This document shows, piece by piece, positions 37,037-49,500 of a stretch of DNA of 64,000 nt; the stretch's first letter is position 1; each line of letters begins with the position of its first letter. Source of the DNA: Patescibacteria group bacterium (GTDB taxonomy: Bacteria; Patescibacteriota; Kazan-3B-28); NCBI GenBank assembly GCA_041389145.1, contig JAWKSK010000001.1, positions 91,668-155,667 of the forward strand. The letters run 5' to 3'. The position numbers and the translations under genes were made by a program. Below the pieces are notes generated by a model. The model saw nothing but the letters and a program-made list of their open reading frames with translations. It did not search any database and was not told the origin of the DNA.

Positions 37037-37232
37037 GATATAAAACCGACTTCCTACCCCATTAAACGAGGTAAAGAAGTTAGAAATGAATTAAATTATT
37101 CCGATCTATAGACAGAATCCCCAAAAGTCCATAAGGACGGACAGAGATTCTGACTGTAGACCAGAATGGTCTATTATTTTTTAATGCTTAATTTTTAACC
37201 AGAAGGGTTACTTCTGCGCTATTTTCAGCGGA

Positions 37233-37586
37233 CTACATTTTGACTTCAATACTGACACCAGCAGGTAATGACAAGCTAGTGAGAGAATCGATAGTCTTAG
37301 GTGTTGGATCTACAATTTCGATCAGACGCTTGTGAATTCTCATCTCGAACTGATCACGAGCATCTTTGTACTTAAATGTAGCTTTCAACACAGTATATGT
37401 TTTTTTCTCAGTTGGCAAGGGAATTGGTCCCAGAACTACAGCACCAGTACGCTCTGCAGTATCAATGATCATACGAGCGGACTTATCCAAGATACGGTGA
37501 TCGTATGCCTTCAAGCGAATACGAATACGCTGCTTTGCGTCACGAACCTTCTTGGTTTCCTTATTTTGGGATGTTGTATTTGCCAT
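37233..37586 (-). CDS. rpsJ: 30S ribosomal protein S10
   Basis: 117 aa. Contains [31 protein letters not shown]. Confidence 0.95.
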   Translation of the reverse strand: MANTTSQNKETKKVRDAKQRIRIRLKAYDHRILDKSARMIIDTAERTGAVVLGPIPLPTEKKTYTVLKATFKYKDARDQFEMRIHKRLIEIVDPTPKTIDSLTSLSLPAGVSIEVKM

Positions 37587-37608
37587 ATAGTAGGGTGCTT
37601 TCTTTAAT

Positions 37609-37640
37609 TCTAGCCCCGGCCATAAGGCATGGGGGCTAGA
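37609..37640 (-). terminator. Strong hairpin between tuf and rpsJ (terminator/attenuator or processing stem; no T-run)
   Basis: 9-bp stem tctagcccc/ggggctaga enclosing ggccataaggcatg. Confidence 0.35.
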
Positions 37641-37652
37641 ATAGTTAGAATT

Positions 37653-38840
37653 TTATTTAATGATCTTAGTTACGACACCGGCACCAACAGTCTTACCACC
37701 TTCACGAATAGCGAAGCGGAGCCCTTCGTCCATAGCAATAGGAACGATGAGGTTAACGTTAGCTTGAATAGTGTCACCTGGCATAACCATCTTACCTTCG
37801 TCGGTAAGCATAAGTTCACCGGTTACGTCAGTTGTACGGAAGTAGAACTGAGGCTTGTAACCCTTGGAGAAAGGAGTGTGGCGTCCGCCTTCTTCCTTGC
37901 TCAAGATGTAAATTTCAGCTTCGAATTCGGTATGAGGAGTGATGGAACCTGGCTTGGCAATAACCTGACCACGTTCAATCTGTTCACGTTCAATACCACG
38001 AAGCAAGAGTCCAACGTTGTCACCTGCTTGACCGGAGTCAAGAAGCTTTCTAAACATTTCTACACCAGTAACAACAGACTTCTGGCTGGCTTTCATACCA
38101 ACGATTTCGATTTCTTCGTTAACCTTTACCATACCCTGTTCGATACGTCCGGTAGCAACAGTACCACGTCCCTTAATGGAGAAGACGTCTTCTACTGGCA
38201 TAAGGAATGGCTTGTCCAAATCACGAACTGGATCTGGAATGTAGGTGTCGAGAGCTTCAATCAAGTCAAGAATTGGCTTGGCTGCAGCTTCGTCGTTTGG
38301 ATTTTCAAGTGCCTTAAGAGCGGAACCACGGATAACAGGGACTTCGTCGCCTGGGAATTCGTACTTGCTCAAGAGCTCACGAATTTCAGCTTCAACGAGG
38401 TCTACGAGTTCAGGATCGTCTACCATATCAACCTTGTTGATGAAGACAACCATGTGTGGAACTCCGACCTGGTGAGCAAGCAAGATGTGCTCACGAGTCT
38501 GAGGCATAGGACCATCGGTAGCAGCTACTACGAGGATGGCACCATCCATCTGAGCAGCACCGGTGATCATGTTCTTTACGTAGTCGGCGTGTCCAGGACA
38601 GTCGACGTGAGCGTAGTGACGCTTGTCGGATTCATATTCCTGGTGGGAAGTTGCGATGGTGATACCGCGAGCCTTTTCTTCAGGTGCGTTATCGATTTCA
38701 TCGAACTTACGAGCGGCAGCCTTACCGTGGGCAGCCAGAACGTTGGTAATAGCGGCGGTCAAAGTGGTCTTACCGTGGTCGACGTGACCAATGGTACCTA
38801 CGTTGACGTGCACCTTGTCTCTATTGAAAGCGTCTGCCAT
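37653..38840 (-). CDS. tuf: Elongation factor Tu
   Basis: 395 aa. Contains [18 protein letters not shown] and NKVD. Confidence 0.98.
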   Translation of the reverse strand: MADAFNRDKVHVNVGTIGHVDHGKTTLTAAITNVLAAHGKAAARKFDEIDNAPEEKARGITIATSHQEYESDKRHYAHVDCPGHADYVKNMITGAAQMDGAILVVAATDGPMPQTREHILLAHQVGVPHMVVFINKVDMVDDPELVDLVEAEIRELLSKYEFPGDEVPVIRGSALKALENPNDEAAAKPILDLIEALDTYIPDPVRDLDKPFLMPVEDVFSIKGRGTVATGRIEQGMVKVNEEIEIVGMKASQKSVVTGVEMFRKLLDSGQAGDNVGLLLRGIEREQIERGQVIAKPGSITPHTEFEAEIYILSKEEGGRHTPFSKGYKPQFYFRTTDVTGELMLTDEGKMVMPGDTIQANVNLIVPIAMDEGLRFAIREGGKTVGAGVVTKIIK

Positions 38841-38981
38841 AAATTTCTCCTAATTACTTAGTGCTTAATTATAGGTGTTTATAGGTGTAGAAAAATGATA
38901 CCTCTGTAAAATACATAATTTTTCGCATTGGTGCAACACTTTTTTTATCAGATTTTTAGACTTTTTTCTAAGGTGTTGAGG

Positions 38982-39015
38982 TAATAAAAAAGCAGGAGTA
39001 ACTTGTACCCCTGCT
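38982..39015 (-). terminator. Rho-independent terminator after the orphan ORF 39070..39561
   Basis: Stem agcagg/cctgct (38991-38996 / 39010-39015), followed on the minus strand by tttttattac. Confidence 0.55.
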
Positions 39016-39069
39016 AGGTGACGATTCGCGACTTTACTTTCTGGTTGCGTAGTCTGGAAATTTTACAAC

Positions 39070-39561
39070 TCAGAACTCGCTTGCCAATCCACCTTCATTG
39101 TACGAGTTTGCCAGAAGCCTAACCCACCAGCCACCCAGCGTGGATTGTCTGTACTCGAGCATACTTATGTATCCTTGATGTTCTTCGTCCCGAGGACCAT
39201 ACAGCGCTGTTACGTATGTAGCGGCAACAATCCTTGGACGCCCCTCTGGGGCAACAGCCTGAGTGTCTTGGATAGGCCGGATTCTGGTGCCAAAACCTAT
39301 ATTTTCCATGAGCCAAGTCACATATGCTTGGAGCTCCTCATGAATTGTGGCTTCATCACTGGAATATATTCCAATTACGGCAAATTTGTCTAGATCAATA
39401 GAGTCCAGACCGATTTTGTCGTAATCACGTGTAAGACATGCTTGAATTGAATACAGGCATCCATTCTTGGATTTAGACAGTGCAAGAGGCACTCCACCTT
39501 GTAGCATCCAGTCACGAAAGTCGACAATTAGATTGTCCTTGGACAAATCTATTTTTTCCAT
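39070..39561 (-). CDS. Orphan hypothetical protein inserted between fusA and tuf
   Basis: 163-aa ORF with RBS aagggggtga 7 nt before the ATG. It has its own flanking hairpins (39616-39643 upstream, 38991-39015 downstream). No family recognised. Confidence 0.55.
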   Translation of the reverse strand: MEKIDLSKDNLIVDFRDWMLQGGVPLALSKSKNGCLYSIQACLTRDYDKIGLDSIDLDKFAVIGIYSSDEATIHEELQAYVTWLMENIGFGTRIRPIQDTQAVAPEGRPRIVAATYVTALYGPRDEEHQGYISMLEYRQSTLGGWWVRLLANSYNEGGLASEF

Positions 39562-39615
39562 TAAGGTTCACCCCCTTATTTGATAGGTACAATCTACACT
39601 TTCTAGTATTAATTG

Positions 39616-39643
39616 CAAATCCCCGACTAATGCCGGGGATTTG
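39616..39643 (-). terminator. Hairpin after fusA
   Basis: 10-bp stem caaatccccg/cggggatttg with loop actaatgc. Confidence 0.5.
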
Positions 39644-39665
39644 TTTGAATGTGTAGTTGTGTGGG

Positions 39666-41744
39666 TTAGGCACTCTTTTTAGCGATGAGTTCTTCCTGAA
39701 CATTGGAAGGAACCTTTTCATACTGAGCGAATTCCATAGATTGGGATGCACGCCCCTGAGTCATGGAACGAAGGTTTGTAGTGTAACCAAACATTTCTCC
39801 AAGAGGAACGAATGCTTTAATCACCTTGGTACCAGAGCGATCTTCCATACCTTCAATACGTCCACGCTTGGAAGAAAGATCTCCCATAACGTCACCGGCG
39901 TATTCTTCAGGGGTGGTAACTTCCACTTTCATGACTGGTTCTAAGATGGCAGGCTTACCTAAGCGGACACCTTCTTGCAAACACATACTTCCTGCAATTT
40001 GGAAGGCCATTTCAGAGGAGTCGACATCGTGGTATGAACCATCGTGGAGAGTAGCTTTAATGTCTACTACAGGGTAACCGGCGATAACACCACGGGTCAT
40101 AGAGGCTTCAATACCCTTCTGTACAGCTGGGATGTATTCTTTAGGAATAGTTCCTCCAACGATGGCGTTAACGAATTCAAATCCACCGTCTTCTTTTGGT
40201 TCAAACTTGATAACAACGTGACCATACTGTCCACGTCCACCAGACTGCTTTGCGTATTTAACTTCAGCATCGGTTTCCATGGTGATGGTCTCACGGTAGG
40301 CAACCTGTGGCTTACCGATGTTGGCTTCAACCTTGAATTCACGCTTCATGCGGTCGACGATGATGTCCAGGTGAAGCTCACCCATACCTTGAATGATGGT
40401 CTGACCAGATTCCTGATCTGAGTTAACTCTAAAGGTTGGATCTTCTTCGGCAAGCTTAGAAAGGGCCATACCCATCTTTTCTTGGTCGGCTTTAGACTTT
40501 GGTTCGACAGCAATGGAGATAACTGGTTCTGGGAAAGTAATAGATTCCAAGATGATTGGATCCTTTTCATCACAGAGAGTGTCTCCAGTAGTAACATCTT
40601 TAAATCCAACGATAGCACCAATTTCTCCTGCGAAGATTTCATCCACTTCTTCACGGTGGTTGGAGTGCATACGCATGATACGGGATACACGTTCCTTAGA
40701 ACCCTTAGAGGAGTTTAAGACGTAGGAACCAGATTTAAGTGAACCGGAGTAAACACGGAAGAAAACCAACTTACCAACGAATGGGTCGGTTGCGATTTTA
40801 AAAGCTAACGCAGAGAATGGTTCAGTATCGTCTGCATGACGTTCGATCTGCTTTTCTTCATCTTTAGGATCGGTTCCGATAATAGCGGGAATATCGAGTG
40901 GAGATGGGAGGTAGTCAACGACAGCATCGAGAAGCTTCTGGACACCCTTGTTCTTCAACGCGGTACCACAGAAGACTGGGATAACCTTGTTATCAATAAC
41001 TGCAGCGCGGAGTGCACGCTTGATTTCATCGTTGGTTAGAGCCTGGTCAGCCAAGAACTTCTCGAGGAGTTCATCTTCGGTTTCAACAATCTTTTCGAGT
41101 AATTTGTGTCTAAATTCAGCTGCTTTTTCTTTCAAGTTATCTGGGATATCGGTTTCAACAATTTCCTTACCCATATCATCCTTGTAGAGGTAGGCCTTTT
41201 CGGTAATCAAATCAACGATACCTTCAAAGGTCTCAGCTGCTCCGATTGGAAGCTGAGCTGGGATAACGTTGGAACCTAAGCGATCTAAGATACTCTTGTA
41301 AACGAAGTCAAAGTCGGCTCCCATACGGTCCATTTTGTTTACAAAACAGATACGTGGAACCTGGTACTTGTCGGCCTGACGCCAGACGGTTTCAGACTGA
41401 GGTTCCACCCCGGCCACACCGTCGAAGACGACGACACCACCATCTAGCACACGCAAAGAACGTTCTACCTCAACGGTGAAGTCAACGTGTCCTGGGGTGT
41501 CGATGAGGTTAATCCGAGTGTCATTCCAGAAACAAGTGGTAGCAGCAGAGGTAATGGTAATACCACGTTCACGTTCCTGCTCCATCCAGTCCATGGTAGC
41601 TTCTCCCTCGTGCACCTCACCAATTTTGTAGGTGATACCAGTGTAGAACAAAATACGCTCAGAGACGGTAGTCTTACCGGCATCGATGTGAGCGATGATA
41701 CCAATGTTACGAGTATTAGCGAGGGAATACTGACGTTCGGCCAT
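39666..41744 (-). CDS. fusA: Elongation factor G
   Basis: 692 aa. Contains [17 protein letters not shown] and NKMD. Confidence 0.98.
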   Translation of the reverse strand: MAERQYSLANTRNIGIIAHIDAGKTTVSERILFYTGITYKIGEVHEGEATMDWMEQERERGITITSAATTCFWNDTRINLIDTPGHVDFTVEVERSLRVLDGGVVVFDGVAGVEPQSETVWRQADKYQVPRICFVNKMDRMGADFDFVYKSILDRLGSNVIPAQLPIGAAETFEGIVDLITEKAYLYKDDMGKEIVETDIPDNLKEKAAEFRHKLLEKIVETEDELLEKFLADQALTNDEIKRALRAAVIDNKVIPVFCGTALKNKGVQKLLDAVVDYLPSPLDIPAIIGTDPKDEEKQIERHADDTEPFSALAFKIATDPFVGKLVFFRVYSGSLKSGSYVLNSSKGSKERVSRIMRMHSNHREEVDEIFAGEIGAIVGFKDVTTGDTLCDEKDPIILESITFPEPVISIAVEPKSKADQEKMGMALSKLAEEDPTFRVNSDQESGQTIIQGMGELHLDIIVDRMKREFKVEANIGKPQVAYRETITMETDAEVKYAKQSGGRGQYGHVVIKFEPKEDGGFEFVNAIVGGTIPKEYIPAVQKGIEASMTRGVIAGYPVVDIKATLHDGSYHDVDSSEMAFQIAGSMCLQEGVRLGKPAILEPVMKVEVTTPEEYAGDVMGDLSSKRGRIEGMEDRSGTKVIKAFVPLGEMFGYTTNLRSMTQGRASQSMEFAQYEKVPSNVQEELIAKKSA

Positions 41745-41815
41745 TTTAATATTTAGTTAGTAATAAATGTATAAGGGAAGTATATAGCGTCCTATATACT
41801 AACTTGCTCGCCTAA

Positions 41816-42289
41816 CTAGAAGCGAGCAAAGTGAGCGAATGCCTGGTTAGCTTCTGCCATACGGTGAGTTTCTTCACGCTTGCGGACAGCGTTACCTGCA
41901 TTGTTGAAGGCGTCGATGAGTTCTTGAGCTAAACGCTGTGACATTGGCTTTCCCTTGATGCCACGAGCGGCAATAACTAACCACTTAAGGCCAAGCACGG
42001 TACGACGTTCGGCGCTAACTTCGGTAGGAATCTGAAGGTTAGAACCACCCACACGACGAGCCTTGAGCTGGACGGATGGAGAGATGTTGTTGAGAGCGGT
42101 TTCGAAAATCTTAATCTGATCTTCCTTGAGCTTAGCAGCTGCAGTGTCTAATGCTTCGTAAACAATCTTTTCGGCAACGTTCTTCTTACCGTTCAACATT
42201 ACCTTGTTGATGAACCGACCAAGTAAAATGTGTCCGTATTTACGGTCTGGCTCGTATACCTTTCTAATAGTTTGCTTTCCTCTGGACAT
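41816..42289 (-). CDS. rpsG: 30S ribosomal protein S7
   Basis: 157 aa. Contains KKNVAEKIVYEAL...ARRVGGSNLQIP. Confidence 0.96.
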   Translation of the reverse strand: MSRGKQTIRKVYEPDRKYGHILLGRFINKVMLNGKKNVAEKIVYEALDTAAAKLKEDQIKIFETALNNISPSVQLKARRVGGSNLQIPTEVSAERRTVLGLKWLVIAARGIKGKPMSQRLAQELIDAFNNAGNAVRKREETHRMAEANQAFAHFARF

Positions 42290-42302
42290 AGTTAGTTAGT
42301 TG

Positions 42303-42731
42303 TTAGGCAGCAGTTGCTGTAGCTTTCTTAGCACCATATTTAGAACGACCCTGAGAACGCTTAGCAACACCAGCAGTGTCTAAGTGACCACGAACAATGT
42401 GGTAACGGACACCTGGAAGGTCTTTTACACGTCCACCACGAATGAGGACGATGGAGTGTTCCTGGAGGTTGTGACCAATACCAGGAATGTAAGCGGTGAC
42501 TTCCATACGGTTGGTTAAGCGGACACGAGCTACCTTACGTAAAGCGGAGTTAGGTTTCTTTGGGGTCATGGTTGTGACCTTAACACAAACACCACGCTTG
42601 AAAGGTGAGCCCTTTTTGAGTTCAACTGGACGCATCTTTAAAGTATTAAAGCGTCGCTGCATAGCAGGAGACTTGCTTTTGGAAGCACTTTTTTTACGTC
42701 CTTGTTTGATCAACTGGTTAATTGTTGGCAT
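42303..42731 (-). CDS. rpsL: 30S ribosomal protein S12
   Basis: 142 aa. Begins [14 protein letters not shown] and contains [16 protein letters not shown]. Confidence 0.97.
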   Translation of the reverse strand: MPTINQLIKQGRKKSASKSKSPAMQRRFNTLKMRPVELKKGSPFKRGVCVKVTTMTPKKPNSALRKVARVRLTNRMEVTAYIPGIGHNLQEHSIVLIRGGRVKDLPGVRYHIVRGHLDTAGVAKRSQGRSKYGAKKATATAA

Positions 42732-42775
42732 ACGAGCTAGTTTAGGCAGTTAAGTGTAAGCTGTCAAGCAGGAAT

Positions 42776-45700
42776 TTAAGCTTCGGGGTCTCCTGGGATG
42801 GAACGGAACCCGGTTCCGGCTGGAATGAGACGTCCGACGATAACGTTTTCCTTCAGACCTCTGAGGTAGTCCACCTTACCGGCAACAGCTGCATCAACCA
42901 GAACACGAGTAGTTTCCTGGAAGGAAGCGGCAGACAAGAAGCTATCAGTAGCCAAGGAAGCCTTGGAGACACCAAGTAACAATCTAGTGCCAGTTGGAGG
43001 GGTTTTACCGTCTTTAGCAAGCTTTGCCGCAACTGCTTCAAAGCGGACGCGATCGACAGTTTCACCAACGATGAGGTTGGAATCACCAGAGTCTTCTACC
43101 CGGATACGGGAGAACATCTGACGAACAACGGCTTCAATATGCTTATCGTTAATGTTTTGACCCTGAAGGTTGTAGATTTTCTGAATTTCAGAGATGACGT
43201 AGTGCTGAGTTTTTTCAACACCAGTAAGTTCCATCAAGTCCTTGAGATTGAGCTGACCCTCAGTAAGCTGATCTGCTTTCTTTACTCTCTGACCGTCTTC
43301 TACTCTTAAGAAAGAGCGGGCTGTGAGTTGGTATTCGAAAGCTTTTTTGCGCTTGTGAGCGAGAGCTACCTTAGTTGCAGATACTACAACGGTACCAGCG
43401 GCAGGGGCGGTAATTTCTTCACCAGACTTGAGGACGACGAGAGTTTCACCCTTCTTGACCTTATCACCGTCTTTAACCTTTGCTTCTGAGCTCTTTAAGA
43501 CCTTGAAGTCGGTTACAACATCTTCTTCACCTTCGACGCGAAGCATCTTCTTGTTACCAACTTCTAAGATGGCAACCATTCCGTCCATAGGGGCCATGAT
43601 GGCTTCTGCCTTAGGGTTACGGGCTTCGAAGAGTTCTTCAACACGAGGAAGACCCTGGGTGATGTCAGCGGTAGATGCTACACCTCCAGTGTGGAAGGTA
43701 CGCATAGTGAGCTGAGTACCAGGTTCACCGATACTTTGAGCAGCGATAATACCAACGGCTTCTCCGATTTTAACCAGAGTACCGCGAGCAAGGTCTTTAC
43801 CGTAACACTTCTGGCAGACACCCCAATCGCTACGGCAAGCAATGGAGGAACGGCATTGGATAGCATCGACATCACTGTCTTCAATGGCTTGAGCCATTTC
43901 TTCAGTGATTTCATCCCCTGCTTTACCAAGAGTTTTGGACCCATCGATAACATCAGCGGCAAGGTAACGACCTTCAATACGCTTTGCGAATGGATCACCA
44001 AGCATTTCTTCAGAGTTTTTGAAGAGAGTAAATCCTTCAGTATCACCACAGTCTTCTTCGGTAACCACAATGTCTTGGCAGACATCCACTAAACGACGGG
44101 TCAAGTAACCTGCGTCTGAAGTACGAAGCGCAGTATCGGACAAACCTTTACGAGCACCGTGAGTGGAAAGGAAGTATTCCAAGGAGTCTAAACCTTCTTT
44201 GTAGTTGGATTTAACTGGAAGCTCCATGGCTTCACCGGCAGCGTTAATCTTAACACCGACCATACCAATCATCTGGTTGAACTGCTCCAAGCTACCACGA
44301 GCACCGGAGGTGACCATCATAGCGGTTGGAACAAATGGGTTGTTGGTAATAGAACCCTTAAGGAGGTGTTCTACTTCCTTCTTAGTCTTTTCCCAGAGAC
44401 CGATAACCATACGGCGACGTTCACCGGAAGTAATAAGACCTTCCTTGTACTGTTCCTTGATAGTTGCAACCTGTTCGTTGGAAGCAGAGATTAAGGTGTT
44501 CTTTTCACCTGGAATTTCAAGGTCAGATGCAGAGAAAGTAGCACCAGACATGGTGGAGTAAGTGAAACCTGTGTTTTTGATGTCGTTAACCAGATCCACG
44601 GTACGATCCTGACCGAGTTCACGGTAGCAGTTGTGGATGAGGCGCTTTAAGACCTTCTTGTCAGCAGTATCGTTTAAGTAAGGCCATTCGACAGGCAAGA
44701 TACTGTTGAAGATCAAACGACCAAGGGTAGTTTTAATGACTTCCCCATCTACTGGAACGTTGATAATAGTTTGGAGTTTTAACTTACCAGCAACATGAGC
44801 ACGCATAGCATCATCCAGGTCGGAGAAGGCTTTAACCTTATCCCCTTCTGGTTCAGCGATGGTTAGGTAGTAGCTACCTAAAATCATGTCTTGGTCAGCC
44901 ATTACGATTGGTTCACCGGTAGCTGGCTTCAACAAGTTGTTGGTGGCCAACATAATGTTTTCAGCTTCAGACTGAGCAGCTTCAGACAATGGTAAGTGAA
45001 TAGCCATCTGGTCTCCATCGAAGTCAGCGTTGAAAGCGTTACAGGCAAGTGGGTGAAGCTGGATAGCATTACCTTCAACCAAGACTGGTCTAAAGGCCTG
45101 GATACCTAAACGGTGCAAGGTAGGTGCACGGTTTAAGAGGACGTAGTAGTGTCCGATGACAGAATCAAGGGCATCCCAGACTTCTGGAGTTTCTTTTTCG
45201 ACTAACTTACCAGCAGTTTTTACGTTGTGGACGATATCTTCGGCCATTAACTTAGAGATGACAAATGGCTTGAAGAGTTCCAAGGCGATTGCCTTTGGAA
45301 TACCACATTCGTGAAGCTTTAAGGTAGGACCGACGACGATAACGGAACGTCCGGAGTAGTCGACACGCTTACCAAGCAAGTTCTGACGGAAACGACCCTG
45401 CTTACCCTTAAGCATGTCGGAAAGTGACTTGAGCTGACGCTTAGAGTTGTTAGTAGCAGAGGTTTCACGAGCAGTAATATCAAATAAAGCATCGACGGCT
45501 TCTTGAAGCATACGCTTTTCGTTACGAGCGATAACTTCAGGAGCACCAATTTCGATAAGCTTCTTTAAACGGTTGTTACGGTTAATAACACGGCGATATA
45601 AATCGTTTAAGTCAGAGGTGGCAAAACGTCCACCATCAAGCTGCACCATTGGGCGCAAATCTGGAGGGATAACTGGCAAAGTGGTCACAAACATCCAACC

Positions 45701-46543
45701 TGGATGCAGGTTTGCCTTATTCATGCTTTCCAGCAAGCGAATACGCTTCATTAAGCGCTTTTGCTTTTGGCCAGTAGCATCAACTAAAGCTTCTTTAACT
45801 TCAGCGATTTCTGCTGCAAGGTCGAGTTCTTGGGTAAGCTGGTAAACAGCTTCAGCACCAATACCAGCTCTAAAGACCTGACCGTACTTTAAGGACAAGT
45901 TACGGTATTCGGTTTCAGAGAGAACCTTCTTGATCTTAATGTCTTTAAGTTCAGACTGTGCGGTCTGGTAGGCAAGCTTGAATTTATCTAACTTTTCTTC
46001 AAGTTCGGCTTCGCTAAACTTACCAGCCTTGTGATCGCCCTTGAGCTTAGCTACGTGAACCTTGTATTCCTGCTCTAATTGGCTCTGTGCTTGAGTTCTA
46101 GCGTCATCATCTACAGATGTGATGATGTAGGCTGCAAAGTAGATAACCTGCTCTAAACGACGAGCTGGGACGTCTAGGGCGAGTCCGATACGAGAAGGAG
46201 TACCACGGAGGTACCAAATGTGGCTAACAGGAGCTGCGAGCTGAATATGACCCATGCGTTCACGACGAACGGCAGATCTGGTTACTTCAACTCCACACTT
46301 GTCACAGACGATGCCCTTGTAGCGGATTTTCTTGTATTTACCACAGTAACATTCCCAGTCCTTAGTTGGTCCAAAGATACGTTCGTCAAAGAGACCATCT
46401 TTTTCTGGACGGAGAGTACGGTAGTTAATTGTTTCTGGCTTGGTGACTTCACCGAAAGACCAACCAGCGATTTGATCTGGAGAAGCAACGCCGACACGAA
46501 CGGCGAGAAAGTCATTTTCGATTGAGACTGTTTCTTTATTCAT
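42776..46543 (-). CDS. rpoC: DNA-directed RNA polymerase subunit beta'
   Basis: 1255 aa. Has the zinc motif [20 protein letters not shown] and the catalytic NADFDGDQM. Confidence 0.98.
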   Translation of the reverse strand: MNKETVSIENDFLAVRVGVASPDQIAGWSFGEVTKPETINYRTLRPEKDGLFDERIFGPTKDWECYCGKYKKIRYKGIVCDKCGVEVTRSAVRRERMGHIQLAAPVSHIWYLRGTPSRIGLALDVPARRLEQVIYFAAYIITSVDDDARTQAQSQLEQEYKVHVAKLKGDHKAGKFSEAELEEKLDKFKLAYQTAQSELKDIKIKKVLSETEYRNLSLKYGQVFRAGIGAEAVYQLTQELDLAAEIAEVKEALVDATGQKQKRLMKRIRLLESMNKANLHPGWMFVTTLPVIPPDLRPMVQLDGGRFATSDLNDLYRRVINRNNRLKKLIEIGAPEVIARNEKRMLQEAVDALFDITARETSATNNSKRQLKSLSDMLKGKQGRFRQNLLGKRVDYSGRSVIVVGPTLKLHECGIPKAIALELFKPFVISKLMAEDIVHNVKTAGKLVEKETPEVWDALDSVIGHYYVLLNRAPTLHRLGIQAFRPVLVEGNAIQLHPLACNAFNADFDGDQMAIHLPLSEAAQSEAENIMLATNNLLKPATGEPIVMADQDMILGSYYLTIAEPEGDKVKAFSDLDDAMRAHVAGKLKLQTIINVPVDGEVIKTTLGRLIFNSILPVEWPYLNDTADKKVLKRLIHNCYRELGQDRTVDLVNDIKNTGFTYSTMSGATFSASDLEIPGEKNTLISASNEQVATIKEQYKEGLITSGERRRMVIGLWEKTKKEVEHLLKGSITNNPFVPTAMMVTSGARGSLEQFNQMIGMVGVKINAAGEAMELPVKSNYKEGLDSLEYFLSTHGARKGLSDTALRTSDAGYLTRRLVDVCQDIVVTEEDCGDTEGFTLFKNSEEMLGDPFAKRIEGRYLAADVIDGSKTLGKAGDEITEEMAQAIEDSDVDAIQCRSSIACRSDWGVCQKCYGKDLARGTLVKIGEAVGIIAAQSIGEPGTQLTMRTFHTGGVASTADITQGLPRVEELFEARNPKAEAIMAPMDGMVAILEVGNKKMLRVEGEEDVVTDFKVLKSSEAKVKDGDKVKKGETLVVLKSGEEITAPAAGTVVVSATKVALAHKRKKAFEYQLTARSFLRVEDGQRVKKADQLTEGQLNLKDLMELTGVEKTQHYVISEIQKIYNLQGQNINDKHIEAVVRQMFSRIRVEDSGDSNLIVGETVDRVRFEAVAAKLAKDGKTPPTGTRLLLGVSKASLATDSFLSAASFQETTRVLVDAAVAGKVDYLRGLKENVIVGRLIPAGTGFRSIPGDPEA

Positions 46544-46565
46544 AGTCGTTAGTTCTTAGGTTGGT

Positions 46566-49500
46566 CTAATTCTTAGAGTGTTTATTAGATTTCTCTGGTG
46601 CTGAATCACCGATTGGCTTTTTGAGAGCTTCGGGATTGTCGACTACCTCCACGTTAAGTCCCAGACCCTGAAGTTCTTTAACCATCACGTTAAAGGCTTC
46701 TGGACTTTGTGGCTTCTGAATTTTTTCACCCTTAATAATCGATTCATAGGTTCGGGCACGACCTTGAACGTCATCTGATTTAATTGTGAGCATTTCTTCG
46801 AGAGTATGAGCAGCTCCATAACCTTCAAGAGCCCATACTTCCATTTCTCCGAAACGCTGTCCACCAAGCTGAGCCTTACCACCCAATGGCTGCTGAGTAA
46901 CAAGGGCGTATGGACCAATGGAACGAGCGTGAATCTTATCGTCGACCATGTGGGCCAGCTTGAGCATGTAGATAACACCAACGGTAGTGGTCTGACCAAA
47001 GGCCTCACCAGTCTTACCGTCGTAGAGCTGAATCTTACCAGTATCTGGAAGTTTAGCGGCGTTTAACTCGGAAACAATTCCTGGAATGTCGATACCTTCA
47101 AATACAGGGTTTACAGCGTTGAATCCAAGGGTACCAGCGGCCCAACCAAGGTGGGTTTCTAGTATCTGTCCGAGGTTCATACGGGAGATAACACCAAGTG
47201 GGTTGAGGATGATATCAACTGGTGTACCGTCAGCGGTGTAAGGCATGTCGGACTGTGGAACAATCTTTGCAACCACACCCTTGTTACCGTGACGACCAGC
47301 TAACTTATCTCCAACGGAGATCTTACGCATCTGAGCGATGTAGACGTAGATTTTCTTTAAGACACCAACTTCAAGTTTGTCACCTTTGTTGGAATCAAAA
47401 ACTTTAACGCCAATAACTTTTCCGTAACCGCCGTGAGGCATACGAAGAGAAGTATCTTTAACATCCTTTACCTTTTCTCCGAAGATGGCACGCAAGAGGC
47501 GTTCTTCTGAGGTAAGTTCGGTTTCACCCTTAGGAGTAATCTTACCGACAAGAATGTCGTTAGATTTGACCTTGGCACCAAGGCGGATAACACCGTCTTC
47601 ATCGAGATCTGCTACGGCGTCTTCACCGACGTTAGGAATGTCACGGGTAGTGACTTCTGGACCAAGCTTGGTGTCGCGAACGTCAATTTCTTCACGCTTA
47701 ATATGAATAGATGTGAAAGCATCATCTTTAACCAAACGATCAGAGATGATGATAGCGTCTTCATAGTTAGAACCACCCCAGGTCATGAAGGCAACACGAA
47801 GGTTACTACCAAGTGCCAATCGAGCGTTTTTAATACCAGGACCATCGGTCATCGGATCACCCTTCTTGAGGACATCACCAGTGTTTACCAATGGAGTTTG
47901 GTTGAGGTTAGTTTCGTGGTTGCTTCTGACGAATTTAGTGAGAGTAAAGGTTATTGGTTTCTTAGCGTTCTTTGGCAAGAATTCAATTCGGGAAGAATCA
48001 ACGTATTTTACTGTTCCATCTTCTGGAGCGGTAATTACCCATCCGGAACCAACGGCTGCATCGTATTCCATACCAGTTCCAACGATTGGAACCTGTGGTT
48101 TTACAAGAGGAACGGCCTGACGTTGCATGTTGGAACCCATCAAGGCACGTTTTGCGTCATCGTGCTCTACGAATGGGATAAGGGAAGTGGTTACACTCAC
48201 AATCTGCTTAGGGGAAACGTCGGCGTAGCTAGTACGGCCAACAGAAACCTGAGTAGGTTCACCAGCCTGACGAGCAGAGACCTGTTCGGAAAGTACGTGA
48301 CCAGCATCATCTACTGGAATGTCAGCCTGAGCGATAGTGAGGTCTTCTTCTAAGTGAGCATCAAGGTATTCGATGGACTTAGTAACCACAGTTTTAATTG
48401 GAAGTTCATCAATTCCTTTAATCTTGGAAAGTTTAGCTGCAAGTTTGTCATCTACCTTAGTACCTGCGGTTGCAACTGGCTTCTTGGTAGCTGGGTCGAT
48501 AATATCCTTGAATAAGGTATGGCCAATAGCCGCCTTACCGTCATTTAAAGCAAGTGAGTCGATACGACGGTATGGAGTTTCAATGAAACCGTAATCGTTG
48601 ACCTTTGCATAGGAAGCTAAGTGTCCAACAAGTCCAATGTTCTGACCTTCTGGGGTCTGAATAGGACAGATACGGCCATAGTGGCTGGTGTGTACGTCAC
48701 GAACGTCGAAACCAGCACGTTCACGGGAAAGTCCACCAGGACCCATAGCGGATAGACGACGCTTGTGTTCAAGTTCTGCTAGTGGGTTGGTTTGGTCCAT
48801 GAACTGAGAAAGCTGAGAAGAACCAAAGAACTCCTGCATGATGGCAGAAATTGGACGAGCGTTGATTAGCTGAGCTGGGGTAAGGGTGGCAATTTCAGAA
48901 ACAGACATTCTGTCTTTGACGATACGTTCGACACGCAATAAACCAGTACGGAATTTGTTTTGCATCAACTCACCGACGGATTTTACACGACGGTTCTTGA
49001 GGTGATCGACGTCATCGGCAAGACCACCATCATTATTGAGGCTGATAATTTGCTTAGTAATAGCCACCAAGTCTTCTAAGGAAAGAGTACGGTGGTTGCG
49101 ATCATTCTTAACATCCTGCTTTAAGCGCTTGTTGATCTTGTAACGACCAACGGCACCGAGATCATAGCGACGGAAGTTCTGGAAGGTGTTAACAAACAGA
49201 GTACGAGCGTTATCAACGGTTGCCAAATCACCTGGACGAATCTTTTTGTAGACTTCCAACAAGGCCTGGTCGGTGGATTTGGTTGGGTCTTTATCGATGG
49301 TGTTTTTGATGAAGCTATGCTTTGGATCGTTATCGACATCAGCAAAAGCCTGCATCAAGTCACTATCGGAACTAAGACCGTAGGCACGGAGCAAGGTGGT
49401 GATTAAAGTCTTACGCTTACGATCAATCTTTACTGCAATTACACCCTTGGAACTGGTTTCTACTTCTAACCAGACACCACGATCAGGGATAATCTTACAG

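Noticed and set aside
37629-38861. 410-aa plus-strand ORF, the longest plus-strand ORF in the region
   Set aside because: It is exactly antisense to tuf (37653..38840), whose product is an unmistakable EF-Tu. The antisense translation is low-complexity (V/T/S/N/F-rich) with no recognisable motif. It is a typical shadow ORF of a codon-biased, highly expressed gene.
47703-48353. 216-aa plus-strand ORF, and other plus or off-frame ORFs inside rpoB, rpoC and fusA
   Set aside because: They are antisense or out of frame to unambiguous rpoB, rpoC and fusA reading frames.
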